Source: a virus
Taxonomy: Duplodnaviria; Caudoviricetes
IMG/VR virus record: IMGVR_UViG_3300017956_005641
Span: 1-27,800 of that record
Strand: one strand, 5' to 3'
DNA length: 27,800 nt
Positions 9,821-18,268 of the stretch are shown piece after piece. The translations under genes and the position numbers were made by a program. Each line of letters starts with the position of its first letter. Within the stretch, counting starts at the first letter, position 1. Under the pieces are notes generated by a model. It was given only the letters and a program-made list of their open reading frames with translations, had not been told where the DNA came from and did no database searches.

Positions 9821-10323
9821 GAATATTAACATTAGATAACAAGGCCTTTGACCTTAACGAACTGCCGGAAGAAGTTTCTGAAGATGCTAGATTTAGTGTG
9901 TTAGATAATTCTGACCCAAAGAATCCAGACTTTTTCTTCCAGCCACTTATATTTTTAGAATCTTTTAATAGTCCGGCTATATTGATGAAGATAGGCGGAC
10001 ACGAAGTTCAAATGCCACTTGATTGGTGCATTCTTGTAGGGGACAGTGATTGTGGAAGCGATCCCGAAGTTCTTCCGCTAACATCTATCAACGAGCGTGG
10101 CTTTGAAGCATTTGTAATCAATCCCATAAAAGGATACAGGTGTGAATTCATGCCCGTGGAAATTATTAACATCTACCAGGACGTAAGGTGGTATTTTCCA
10201 AAAATGAAGAACGGCCAATTATTAACCATTCCACTTCACGACGAACCTAACCCTCCGTGTGCCTATTTTGTTAAAGAGATAAGCAGACAGTCAGAAGTAG
10301 TTGAATTGGCTAACTTACTCTGA
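9817..10323 (+). CDS. hypothetical phage protein, possible inactive Hint-like beta fold
   Basis: CAGGAG SD and ATGA overlap. The beta-rich pattern resembles Hint blocks, but the catalytic residues are absent. Confidence 0.7.
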   Translation: MRILTLDNKAFDLNELPEEVSEDARFSVLDNSDPKNPDFFFQPLIFLESFNSPAILMKIGGHEVQMPLDWCILVGDSDCGSDPEVLPLTSINERGFEAFVINPIKGYRCEFMPVEIINIYQDVRWYFPKMKNGQLLTIPLHDEPNPPCAYFVKEISRQSEVVELANLL

Positions 10324-10362
10324 TAATTACATATAATAACGCCACAGTGCAAGGAAGAAAGG

Positions 10363-10722
10363 ATGACTATGAAAGCAGGTAAAATATGGGGTCAGACCGA
10401 ACTGATCCACGCAAACGGTGTGCTAGAATTTCACCGTATCGAATTCAAAAAAGGATTTAAATGTTCAGAACACGAGCATCAATACAAATGGAATGGTTTC
10501 TTTGTAGAATCAGGAAAGATGATTGTGCGAGTTTGGCAAAGTGGTGATCAGGATGGGTTAGTCGATGAAACTATTCTCGGACCAGGAGAGTTTACTCAGG
10601 TTAAGCCAGGCAAGATTCACCAGTTTGAAGGTGTTGAGGACGGTGTGGCCTTTGAACTATACTGGGCAGAATTCAACCACGATGATATTGTAAGAAGAAC
10701 AGTAGGTACAAAGGTAAAATAA
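10363..10722 (+). CDS. cupin-domain protein (sugar isomerase/epimerase-like)
   Basis: KIWG, cupin motif 1 CSEHEH...FFVESG and motif 2 GEFTQVKPGKIHQF. The start may be 10369. Confidence 0.78.
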   Translation: MTMKAGKIWGQTELIHANGVLEFHRIEFKKGFKCSEHEHQYKWNGFFVESGKMIVRVWQSGDQDGLVDETILGPGEFTQVKPGKIHQFEGVEDGVAFELYWAEFNHDDIVRRTVGTKVK

Positions 10723-10725
10723 ATT

Positions 10726-11718
10726 ATGGGAAAGAAAAACATCGGTAAAAAGAGAGACAATTGGTTTAACGATTATCATGATATACCCGAATTAGGAATA
10801 ACTGGTACTCGAAAAATTAATGATAGAATTGCTTACTATGATACCGACGATTTCAAAGATGCCACAGTAATTGATTTAGGTTGTAACATGGGACAGATGG
10901 CATTCCAAGCAGAAAAATGGGGTGCTAAAAATGTAATAGGTGTCGAGTTTGATGCAACAGCAGTTGTAAACGCAAACGAGATAAAAGAAAAACTACAATC
11001 TAATGTAAATTTTGTAGTCGATGATCTTGATAGTAATTTTTTCTGGAACAGCATATCTAAAAAAGATGTTGTTATGTTTCTTGCTATCATCGATACCCAC
11101 GAACTTGAAAATAGGTATGGGATTCTTTCTAGAGCATGTTCTAAAACAGAAAAAGTCATGTACTTTGAAGGGCATGGAAAGCAGCCTTCCAGTAAATATT
11201 TTCAAAACATCATCGATTACACAGATTTTTCTCAAATAATTTACAAAGGCGATACTCCTGTTAATCGACCATTCTTCAGATGCACTAGAGATGTGTTAAC
11301 AAGCGACGAAGCAAAGGAAACGATTACAAGTTTAGGATACAAAAAAATTGCAGTTGTTGGAAAATCACTTTCTGGGAAATCTACTATGCGAACAGAAACA
11401 TGGCAGCATTTAAATGACAATGGGTACGCAGTTATCGACGATTTAAGGCATATTAAAACAGTAAAAGAAAACGATGCGGGATCACTAATACCTACTGAGA
11501 TCGATAGAATTGAGATTGAACAACTAAAAGACTTTGATAAATTTGTGTTGTTTGATTACAGGGCTTTAGAATATTATAATGAGTTTGATGCAGTTTTCTT
11601 CCTCACACCAAATGAAGATTTAATAGGACAAACCAGAGATAGAAAACGTCCCATGCGTAGTCCTTCTGTAAAAGATTGTACTACATTAAAAGCGAGTTAC
11701 GCTGTAAGGACTTACTAG
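10726..11718 (+). CDS. class I SAM methyltransferase fused to a C-terminal P-loop domain
   Basis: VIDLGCNMG and VIGVEFD in the N-terminal half. IAVVGKSLSGKST (Walker A) and VIDD in the C-terminal part. Confidence 0.72.
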   Translation: MGKKNIGKKRDNWFNDYHDIPELGITGTRKINDRIAYYDTDDFKDATVIDLGCNMGQMAFQAEKWGAKNVIGVEFDATAVVNANEIKEKLQSNVNFVVDDLDSNFFWNSISKKDVVMFLAIIDTHELENRYGILSRACSKTEKVMYFEGHGKQPSSKYFQNIIDYTDFSQIIYKGDTPVNRPFFRCTRDVLTSDEAKETITSLGYKKIAVVGKSLSGKSTMRTETWQHLNDNGYAVIDDLRHIKTVKENDAGSLIPTEIDRIEIEQLKDFDKFVLFDYRALEYYNEFDAVFFLTPNEDLIGQTRDRKRPMRSPSVKDCTTLKASYAVRTY

Positions 11719-12365
11719 TGTCAAAAAAGATAAAAGATTATTCGTGTTTCCTAATTTCTAATAAACCTAATTTACACAAGGATGTAATTAGTGGATTGAT
11801 TAGTGAAAGGGTTAGTTTCTTTAACGGAACTGGAGTTGAATCATTTTCACAATTAGTAAACAGGTGCGTGGAATCATCTACTACCGAAATCGTTATTCTT
11901 ATGTCAGATAAGATGAGACCGATTGATGAAAATATACAGAAAACCGTAAAACTATTAAAAGAAGGATATGCGTTTGTTGGTATGTATCGCTTTGGGTTCT
12001 TTGGATTCAAAAAAGAATTATTTAGAAGAATAGGTCCGATGGATGAAAGATTTGTTGGAGGATGCTGGGAAGACGATGACTTTTATATTAGACTAAGAGA
12101 AGCAGATTTATCAATGTATTTGAGCCAAGAAGTTGGCTATGTTAAAAGCCACTCATCCTGGAATCACACGCTTTCTAAAAAACATTTTTATAACAAATGG
12201 TTCCTTAATGAAACCGATAGTAAGACGTACAGAAGATTGGATGAGATTAAATTAGATTATAATTTTGGTCCTAGCATTCCTGCTCATTTCTTACCCTGGA
12301 GTTATACAAAATTACTCTGCAAAAAAATTAAAAAATACGAAGGATTGGAAATAGGATATGAGTAG
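11718..12365 (+). CDS. GT2/GT7-like glycosyltransferase
   Basis: Acceptor-side motif IGPMDERFVGGCWEDDDFYIRL. GTG 11718 with AAGGA SD, overlapping the upstream TAG. Confidence 0.72.
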   Translation: MSKKIKDYSCFLISNKPNLHKDVISGLISERVSFFNGTGVESFSQLVNRCVESSTTEIVILMSDKMRPIDENIQKTVKLLKEGYAFVGMYRFGFFGFKKELFRRIGPMDERFVGGCWEDDDFYIRLREADLSMYLSQEVGYVKSHSSWNHTLSKKHFYNKWFLNETDSKTYRRLDEIKLDYNFGPSIPAHFLPWSYTKLLCKKIKKYEGLEIGYE

Positions 12366-12918
12366 TGTAATCATTAATAATTTACCCGGAATTGAAAATA
12401 AAACTTATTTAGAATTAGGTGTCAACGACGGAGTGAACTTTGATCAAATAAGATGTCATCTCAAAGAATCTGTAGACATTAACGGCAATGGTACTTTTAC
12501 TGGAACTACTGATCAATTCTTTGAAAGATTGCAAAAAAAGAAGAACTATGATATTGTTTTCATTGACGCTAATCATGATTATGATTTTGTTGTTAGAGAT
12601 TTTAATAACAGTGTTAAGTGTTGTAACGAATGGATATTAATGCATGACATGATACCTCCAGGAAGGAAGTATATTAAGTCATATAAGTGTTCTGACTCTT
12701 ACAAAGTATTGTATCATCTTCTAACTAAAACAAATTTTGAAGTATATCCTATGGACGAAAATTTTGGATTCACTTTAGTTAAGATGCCTGCCACTGAAAT
12801 TGTATTAGATGATGAAGACAAAACTCTTATGTACACAACCTTTAGTAATTTTATTAAAGGTCGTAAACTTTACAACAACAATGAAATTATCAACATGTTA
12901 GGAGGCGTTAGTGTTTAA
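12358..12918 (+). CDS. class I SAM methyltransferase (Methyltransf_24-like)
   Basis: Motifs YLELGV, SVD, YDIVFIDANHDY and ILMHD. Confidence 0.8.
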   Translation: MSSVIINNLPGIENKTYLELGVNDGVNFDQIRCHLKESVDINGNGTFTGTTDQFFERLQKKKNYDIVFIDANHDYDFVVRDFNNSVKCCNEWILMHDMIPPGRKYIKSYKCSDSYKVLYHLLTKTNFEVYPMDENFGFTLVKMPATEIVLDDEDKTLMYTTFSNFIKGRKLYNNNEIINMLGGVSV

Positions 12919-13894
12919 TAATTCCAGAATTTTTATCTCCGGAGCAACAGGATCATGGGGACAAACTCTAACAACTATGCTGTTAGAAAAATATAGTGTG
13001 GAAGAAATTATCTGTTTCTCTCGAGGAGAATTACAACAGGTACTAATGAAAAGAAAATTCAATAATAATCCTAAATTAAAATTTATTATCGGTGATATAA
13101 GAGATTACGATGCTGTATATAATGCAACAAAAAATGTCGATTATGTGTTTCATTTAGCAGCGTTAAAACACGTTCCTGTTTGTGAAATAAACGTTCAGGA
13201 AACAATTAAAACAAACATAGACGGAACAATTAATGTTGTAAAAGCAGCAATCGAAAACCGTGTAAAGAAAGTTATCGATGTAAGTTCAGACAAAGCAGTA
13301 GAACCAATAAACCTCTACGGAATGACCAAGAGTGTCGGAGAAAAAACGATAATTCAAGCCAACGACCTGAGCGATCACACACGATTTGTTTGTATTAGAG
13401 GTGGTAACGTAATGGGGTCTAGTGGTTCAGTTATTCCTCTTTTTATAGAACAAATTAAAAAGGGCGGACCTATTACTATTACTGATAAAAAGATGACACG
13501 ATTCTTTTTAACACTAGAAGAAGCAATTAATCTATTGTTCAAGGCTTCCATCGATAGTATCGGTGGAGAAACATTTGTTATGAACATGCCGGCTTGTTAT
13601 ATTGAAGAATTAGCCGAAGTATTGATGGATGAATACGGAAAAGTTGATGTTATCGAAACGGGCATTCGTCCTGGTGAGAAATTAGATGAAACATTAATAT
13701 CACACCACGAGTCTAAGTTAAGTTATTGTTATGATGAAAACTACTTTTTAACATTACCAGTTGGATATAATCAAAAATTAGCAATACGCTACCAAGATCT
13801 AAAACCCTTTCCATATGATGAATTTTCATCAAAGACAAAAATTCTTAACAAGCAGGAAATCAAGGAAATGCTAGCCAAGGGTAATTTTATATGA
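12911..13894 (+). CDS. UDP-N-acetylglucosamine 4,6-dehydratase (PseB/CapE/FnlA-like, polysaccharide biosynthesis protein)
   Basis: Motifs GATGSWG, FSRGE..Q, GDIRD, HLAALKHVP, SSDKAVEPINLYGMTK, RGGNVMGSSGSVIP, MTRF and GIRPGEKL. GGAGG SD with GTG start. Confidence 0.9.
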   Translation: MFNNSRIFISGATGSWGQTLTTMLLEKYSVEEIICFSRGELQQVLMKRKFNNNPKLKFIIGDIRDYDAVYNATKNVDYVFHLAALKHVPVCEINVQETIKTNIDGTINVVKAAIENRVKKVIDVSSDKAVEPINLYGMTKSVGEKTIIQANDLSDHTRFVCIRGGNVMGSSGSVIPLFIEQIKKGGPITITDKKMTRFFLTLEEAINLLFKASIDSIGGETFVMNMPACYIEELAEVLMDEYGKVDVIETGIRPGEKLDETLISHHESKLSYCYDENYFLTLPVGYNQKLAIRYQDLKPFPYDEFSSKTKILNKQEIKEMLAKGNFI

Positions 13895-14709
13895 AAATTT
13901 TAGTGCTAGGATCAAATGGCATGGCTGGCCATATGATTGTAAAATACCTATCTACATATCACGATGTAACAACCGTTGCAAGATCCAATGCAGATCATTG
14001 TTTGGATATAGAAAACAAGCAACAGGTAGAAAATTTTCTAGCAGAATTACAATCTAAAAGTTTTGATTTTGTAATAAATTGCATGGGATTATTAGTGCAG
14101 GACAGTATTCAAAGACCAGACAGAGCAACAATCATTAATTCATGGTTTCCACACGCAGTAGAAAATTCCTTAAAAAATTTACAAACTAAACTAATACATT
14201 TATCAACAGATTGTGTGTTTGATGGCAACAAGGGAAACTATTTTGAAGACGATAGTCACACAGAAACAAATTATTATGGTAAAACTAAAAGCCTTGGCGA
14301 AATTAACAACGACAAGGATGTAACATTTAGGATGAGTATCATTGGTCCTGAAATTAAGGACTCCGGAACTGGATTATTTCATTGGTTTGTGAATAAGTCG
14401 GAAAATGAAGTTGGCGGGTATTCTAATGCGATGTGGAATGGATTAACAACCCTTCAACTAGCGAAATGCATTGACGAATACATAAATGATCCAACACCGT
14501 CTGGCATAATTCACGTTGTAAACAACGAAGTTAACATTAGCAAGTACGATCTGCTCGTTAAAATAAACGAAATATTTAATCTTGAAAAGAAAGTTAACAA
14601 GACTGTAGGTCCTAAAACCGTTAACAAGATTCTTGTTAATACTAAAAAAGATTTCAGCATTCCTAATTACGATATTCAACTAAATGAGTTAAAAGATTTT
14701 ATAAAATGA
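13891..14709 (+). CDS. RmlD-like NDP-4-keto-6-deoxy-sugar reductase (extended SDR)
   Basis: Motifs GSNGMAG, HLSTDCVFDG, YxxxK (YGKTK), RMSIIGPE, W.G.TT and ISKYDLL. Confidence 0.85.
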   Translation: MKILVLGSNGMAGHMIVKYLSTYHDVTTVARSNADHCLDIENKQQVENFLAELQSKSFDFVINCMGLLVQDSIQRPDRATIINSWFPHAVENSLKNLQTKLIHLSTDCVFDGNKGNYFEDDSHTETNYYGKTKSLGEINNDKDVTFRMSIIGPEIKDSGTGLFHWFVNKSENEVGGYSNAMWNGLTTLQLAKCIDEYINDPTPSGIIHVVNNEVNISKYDLLVKINEIFNLEKKVNKTVGPKTVNKILVNTKKDFSIPNYDIQLNELKDFIK

Positions 14710-15389
14710 AGGCATATATCATAACATTAAAGGGGAATGATATTTCTGAAACACATGCTGCCGAATGTATAGAACAAGCAAAGAAGTTTGGTATTAATGT
14801 TTCGCGATTTAATGCAATACACGGCCATGACTATCCTGCACATCTCAAAAGATTAAAAATAAATCCAAGATATAAATTTAAAAAAGGAAGAGCAGGAGTT
14901 TTCGGGTGTTTCTTGAGCCACTATTATCTATGGAAGCAGTGCCAAGAAGAAAATGTTCCTTACTTAATTCTGGAACATGACGGATATATCATTAGATCCT
15001 TTCCTTCCGACATAATTGATAGATTTAGTGACGTATTAAAATTAGATAATCACGATCCTTATTCAAAAAGTTATAATTCTATGTTTTTAGATGTAACAGA
15101 GCAACAACAAATAGAAATTACCAAGTATCATAATCATCAAGCAAAGTTTTTAGAAAAAAATCAGACAGGAAACTACATGAGAGGAGCATATGGATACATT
15201 ATTAAACCTCATGCCGCCAAAAAACTTGTAGACTGGATACAAATTAACGGATTTGTTCCTGCTGATCAACAAATAGGTGATTCTATAGTTGACATAAGAG
15301 TTACGACTCCGTCAATGGTAAGATTGCACCCAAATTATTTTGGAAATATAGGTAAACTTTCACTGACAGGAAATCCTAGCCTAATATAA
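14706..15389 (+). CDS. GT25-family glycosyltransferase
   Basis: Motifs AYIITL, RFNAIHG, GCFLSHYYLW, LILEHD, GAYGYII...AAKKL and PAD. Confidence 0.82.
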   Translation: MKAYIITLKGNDISETHAAECIEQAKKFGINVSRFNAIHGHDYPAHLKRLKINPRYKFKKGRAGVFGCFLSHYYLWKQCQEENVPYLILEHDGYIIRSFPSDIIDRFSDVLKLDNHDPYSKSYNSMFLDVTEQQQIEITKYHNHQAKFLEKNQTGNYMRGAYGYIIKPHAAKKLVDWIQINGFVPADQQIGDSIVDIRVTTPSMVRLHPNYFGNIGKLSLTGNPSLI

Positions 15390-15395
15390 ATCGAT

Positions 15396-15926
15396 ATGTT
15401 TATAAATGTACTAAGAAATTTTAATCATCAGGAAATTAAGGACCAGTTAATCCAGGAAATTTCCGAATCTCAGGCAACAAGCCAGTTTTTAAATAACGAA
15501 AATATCACGGTAACTGATTATCATACTAAAGTCGATGAGAAAAAATACAGAGACACATTTTTTAATGCGGTGGGGCCTAGCATTGACAAGATAAGGAATC
15601 TATATTTTTGCAAAAAATGGGAAATTCACAATTTTTGGTTCCAACAGTATCAAAAAAATGACAATCACGGTTGGCATACCCACGGAGGATGCCAATGGTC
15701 CTTGATTTATTTCGTTGAACTTCCTAACAAGGATATTTCTACAGAATTTTATGACACTGACGCCCAACAAATAATTCAACCCGAAGTACAGGAAGGTGAT
15801 ATTATAATTTTTGATTCAAAAGCACCACACAGATCTCCTAAAAATACCACTGACTCTAGAAAAACTATAATTTCTGCTAATTTAAGTTTGTTTGATGTCG
15901 ACACAACTAAATTGAAAAATGGTTAA
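15396..15926 (+). CDS. 2OG-Fe(II) oxygenase-like protein
   Basis: Motifs WFQQY, HxH (WHTH), SLIYFV, EGDIIIFDS..PH.S and RKTIISAN. Confidence 0.72.
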   Translation: MFINVLRNFNHQEIKDQLIQEISESQATSQFLNNENITVTDYHTKVDEKKYRDTFFNAVGPSIDKIRNLYFCKKWEIHNFWFQQYQKNDNHGWHTHGGCQWSLIYFVELPNKDISTEFYDTDAQQIIQPEVQEGDIIIFDSKAPHRSPKNTTDSRKTIISANLSLFDVDTTKLKNG

Positions 15927-16146
15927 GATATACGAATCACCAGATGGCGGCGAAACAGTGTTTGAAAGAGATACTAAAACAGGTGAACGGACGATTGTTA
16001 TAAAAAAAGAGTACCCCGATTATTGGATTTACGATCACGAATGGCGAGAAATTACCGAAATTGCTGAAAGGGGAAATAAGGCCTTGCAAAAATCACTAAA
16101 AGAGCTTAAACTATTATATAACTTATCGAGAGGCAATGATGACTAA
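15919..16146 (+). CDS. small hypothetical phage protein
   Basis: 75-aa ORF overlapping both neighbours, beginning IYESPDGGETVFER. Confidence 0.65.
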   Translation: MVKIYESPDGGETVFERDTKTGERTIVIKKEYPDYWIYDHEWREITEIAERGNKALQKSLKELKLLYNLSRGNDD

Positions 16147-16609
16147 ACAGGCAGGTTTGAGATTAAATGAAATTTTGGCAGCCGTTGATCTAAACGGAAA
16201 GGATGTATGGGACGATCTTACAGAAGAGCAACGTAAGAGTATCGTTTTTTATACTCTTAATCGCTATATAAGCGTCGTACAAGGGTCTAGAGAAGAAAAG
16301 GAACACTTTGTACTGCTAGGAAATGAACGCTTTAATAAGAACCTATTTTTGCTCTTAAACAAGCATCCAAAATTACTCTGGCAACTGGCCTGTAGTTGTG
16401 GTCATGAGTCAAAAAATGTGTTCACGCACAAGTGGATGAAACTGAATAAGTCCAAAGATAAGAAAGTAGAGTTTTTAGGCAAGATCTTTCCGAACATGAA
16501 AACTGCTGATCTAGAAACTCTTTCAAAAATTACTACAGATAAAGAGATAAAAGAATATTGTGCTGAACTTGGTTGGGATAAAAAAGAAGTCAATGGAATT
16601 AAACTATAA
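16136..16609 (+). CDS. putative clamp-loader small subunit (T4 gp62-like)
   Basis: Helical ~157-aa protein with LAAVD...FYTLNRYIS...N...H.KL.W and H.W.K..K, resembling phage clamp-loader subunit A. It sits in a replication context. Confidence 0.55.
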   Translation: MMTKQAGLRLNEILAAVDLNGKDVWDDLTEEQRKSIVFYTLNRYISVVQGSREEKEHFVLLGNERFNKNLFLLLNKHPKLLWQLACSCGHESKNVFTHKWMKLNKSKDKKVEFLGKIFPNMKTADLETLSKITTDKEIKEYCAELGWDKKEVNGIKL

Positions 16610-17276
16610 GTGCGGATACTGCGAAAAGTCTTTCGCTAGGGAAAAAACGCTGATGGTTCATATCTGTGAACCAAAGAGACGCCATCTTTCTCGAAACGAG
16701 AAACACGTTCAACTAGCACTTTTAACCTATCAAAGATTTTATGAAATTAGTCAAAAGACAAGCAAGAAAAAAACATTTGACGATTTTGTAGATAGCCCTT
16801 ACTATAATGCTTTCGTGAAATTTGGCAGTTTCATGAGCAATACCAATCCCATATATCCAGAAAAATTTATCGACTTTGTTATTAAGAGTGGAGTCAAACT
16901 AGACCATTGGTGTAGAGATGAATTATATGATACCTATCTGGAAGAACTATTAAAATTAGAACCTGCGGATGGTGCGATACAGAGATCAATACAGACCATG
17001 ATGGATTGGGCCGACGATAAAGAGGCTGCTTGGAATCATTATTTTAACTATGTTAATCTAAATCGTGCGACACACGATATCAAGGAAGGAAAGATATCTC
17101 CTTGGGTGTTGCTTAATTCAAAGACTGCAAAGGAAATGCTAAAGAAATTAAACGATGAACAATTGGAAATTATAGGACCCTTTATCAATCCAACATTTTG
17201 GATGAAACGATTCAAAGCACTACCTGCAGACACTGAATTAGTGAAAGAAGTTATAAGAGAAGCGAAGATTGATTAA
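16593..17276 (+). CDS. zinc-finger-containing phage protein
   Basis: N-terminal YKCGYCEKSFAREKTLMVHIC (C-x2-C-x3-F-x5-L-x2-H). Start taken at ATG 16593. Confidence 0.7.
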   Translation: MELNYKCGYCEKSFAREKTLMVHICEPKRRHLSRNEKHVQLALLTYQRFYEISQKTSKKKTFDDFVDSPYYNAFVKFGSFMSNTNPIYPEKFIDFVIKSGVKLDHWCRDELYDTYLEELLKLEPADGAIQRSIQTMMDWADDKEAAWNHYFNYVNLNRATHDIKEGKISPWVLLNSKTAKEMLKKLNDEQLEIIGPFINPTFWMKRFKALPADTELVKEVIREAKID

Positions 17277-17464
17277 TGAAAAAAAGAATTTTGAAAGATG
17301 GAACAGAGGTTGAAGAATTGACCAAGCCAGTAAACTTGACAATATTAACCAAATGTCCTAAGAAATGGAAAATCATTGACATGGAAACAGGTCAGTGTTA
17401 TACTGCAAGTGGAGATTATGAAATATACAAACAATGGAAACTGATAGATAAAAAAGATGCCTGA
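17276..17464 (+). CDS. small hypothetical protein
   Basis: 62-aa ORF with TAATG overlap upstream and an overlap with the next start. Confidence 0.6.
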   Translation: MKKRILKDGTEVEELTKPVNLTILTKCPKKWKIIDMETGQCYTASGDYEIYKQWKLIDKKDA

Positions 17465-18035
17465 TATTGATATAGATTTTATTGATAGAGATGAAGCACT
17501 CAAGCATTTCAAACACGTTAGAGCAAAACGTGTGGAAGATGGCAAGAGTGTAAAACACAATACGGGTGTTTATATGCACGAAGTTCCATTTGATCCGGAA
17601 AATAATTTATGTTCTATTCCCTATGAAGATGCAGAAGAACAAGGATTGTTTAAGATAGACTTCCTAAACGTTACTTTGTATAAGGGAATAAAAAACGAAA
17701 AACATTTACATCAACTTATGGAGACTGAACCACTATGGGACCTACTCGAACAGGACGATTTCACAGACTTGCTGTTTCACGTCAACGGACATGGAAACAT
17801 ACTAAGACAAATGAAACCAAAGACGATACCACAACTAGCAGCAGTACTGGCGATGATAAGACCAGCGAAGAGACATTTGATTGGTCAACCATGGGACACG
17901 GTTCTAAAAGAGGTATGGACGAAACCAACGAATGACGAATACTTCTTTAAGAAGTCACACGCAACTGCATATGCTGTGGCTGTTGTAGTTCAAATGAATT
18001 TAATCTGCGAACAGATAAGTTATGGGTATCAATGA
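17457..18035 (+). CDS. dnaE: miniature DNA polymerase III alpha (DnaE)-like protein, palm/finger motifs only
   Basis: MPDIDIDF, KHNTGVY, FKIDFL, AMIRPA and YFFKKSHATAY correspond in order to DnaE PDxDxDF, HAxGVV, KxDFL, ALxRPG and YxFNKSHxxAY. Confidence 0.78.
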   Translation: MPDIDIDFIDRDEALKHFKHVRAKRVEDGKSVKHNTGVYMHEVPFDPENNLCSIPYEDAEEQGLFKIDFLNVTLYKGIKNEKHLHQLMETEPLWDLLEQDDFTDLLFHVNGHGNILRQMKPKTIPQLAAVLAMIRPAKRHLIGQPWDTVLKEVWTKPTNDEYFFKKSHATAYAVAVVVQMNLICEQISYGYQ

Positions 18036-18268
18036 ACTACGAAGTAAAAGATTATAGAGAACCACAAAAACCTAAACTAGGATCATGGCCATTCTGGACC
18101 GTTCCAGAATTCTATGCTCTAAGTTATCTAATAAGAATAGGAATTTTCCTATTGGGCATTCCTTGGTTATTTGGCATGGCACTAACAGCCAAGGGTCTCT
18201 TCGTTACTTTTTTATTACTTGATTATTTTACCTATGTGGGTCTTAAGAAGGTTTACGGACTAGAGTAA
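18032..18268 (+). CDS. small membrane protein
   Basis: ATGA overlap and two hydrophobic segments. Confidence 0.6.
   Translation: MNYEVKDYREPQKPKLGSWPFWTVPEFYALSYLIRIGIFLLGIPWLFGMALTAKGLFVTFLLLDYFTYVGLKKVYGLE

Noticed and set aside
10306-10337. Sigma70 promoter before the cupin (TATAAT at 10332-10337)
   Set aside because: The nearest -35-like hexamer (TTGGCT) is 20 nt away, so support is too weak.
1-15389. Bacterial capsule or O-antigen locus
   Set aside because: No export or polymerase membrane proteins are present, and the genes are interleaved with T4-like replication genes and TAAATA motifs.
17276-18268. Frameshifted or intron-split full-length dnaE pseudogene
   Set aside because: The flanking ORFs show no DnaE motifs (no GRGS, PHP or OB), and the deletions are internal within one intact frame.
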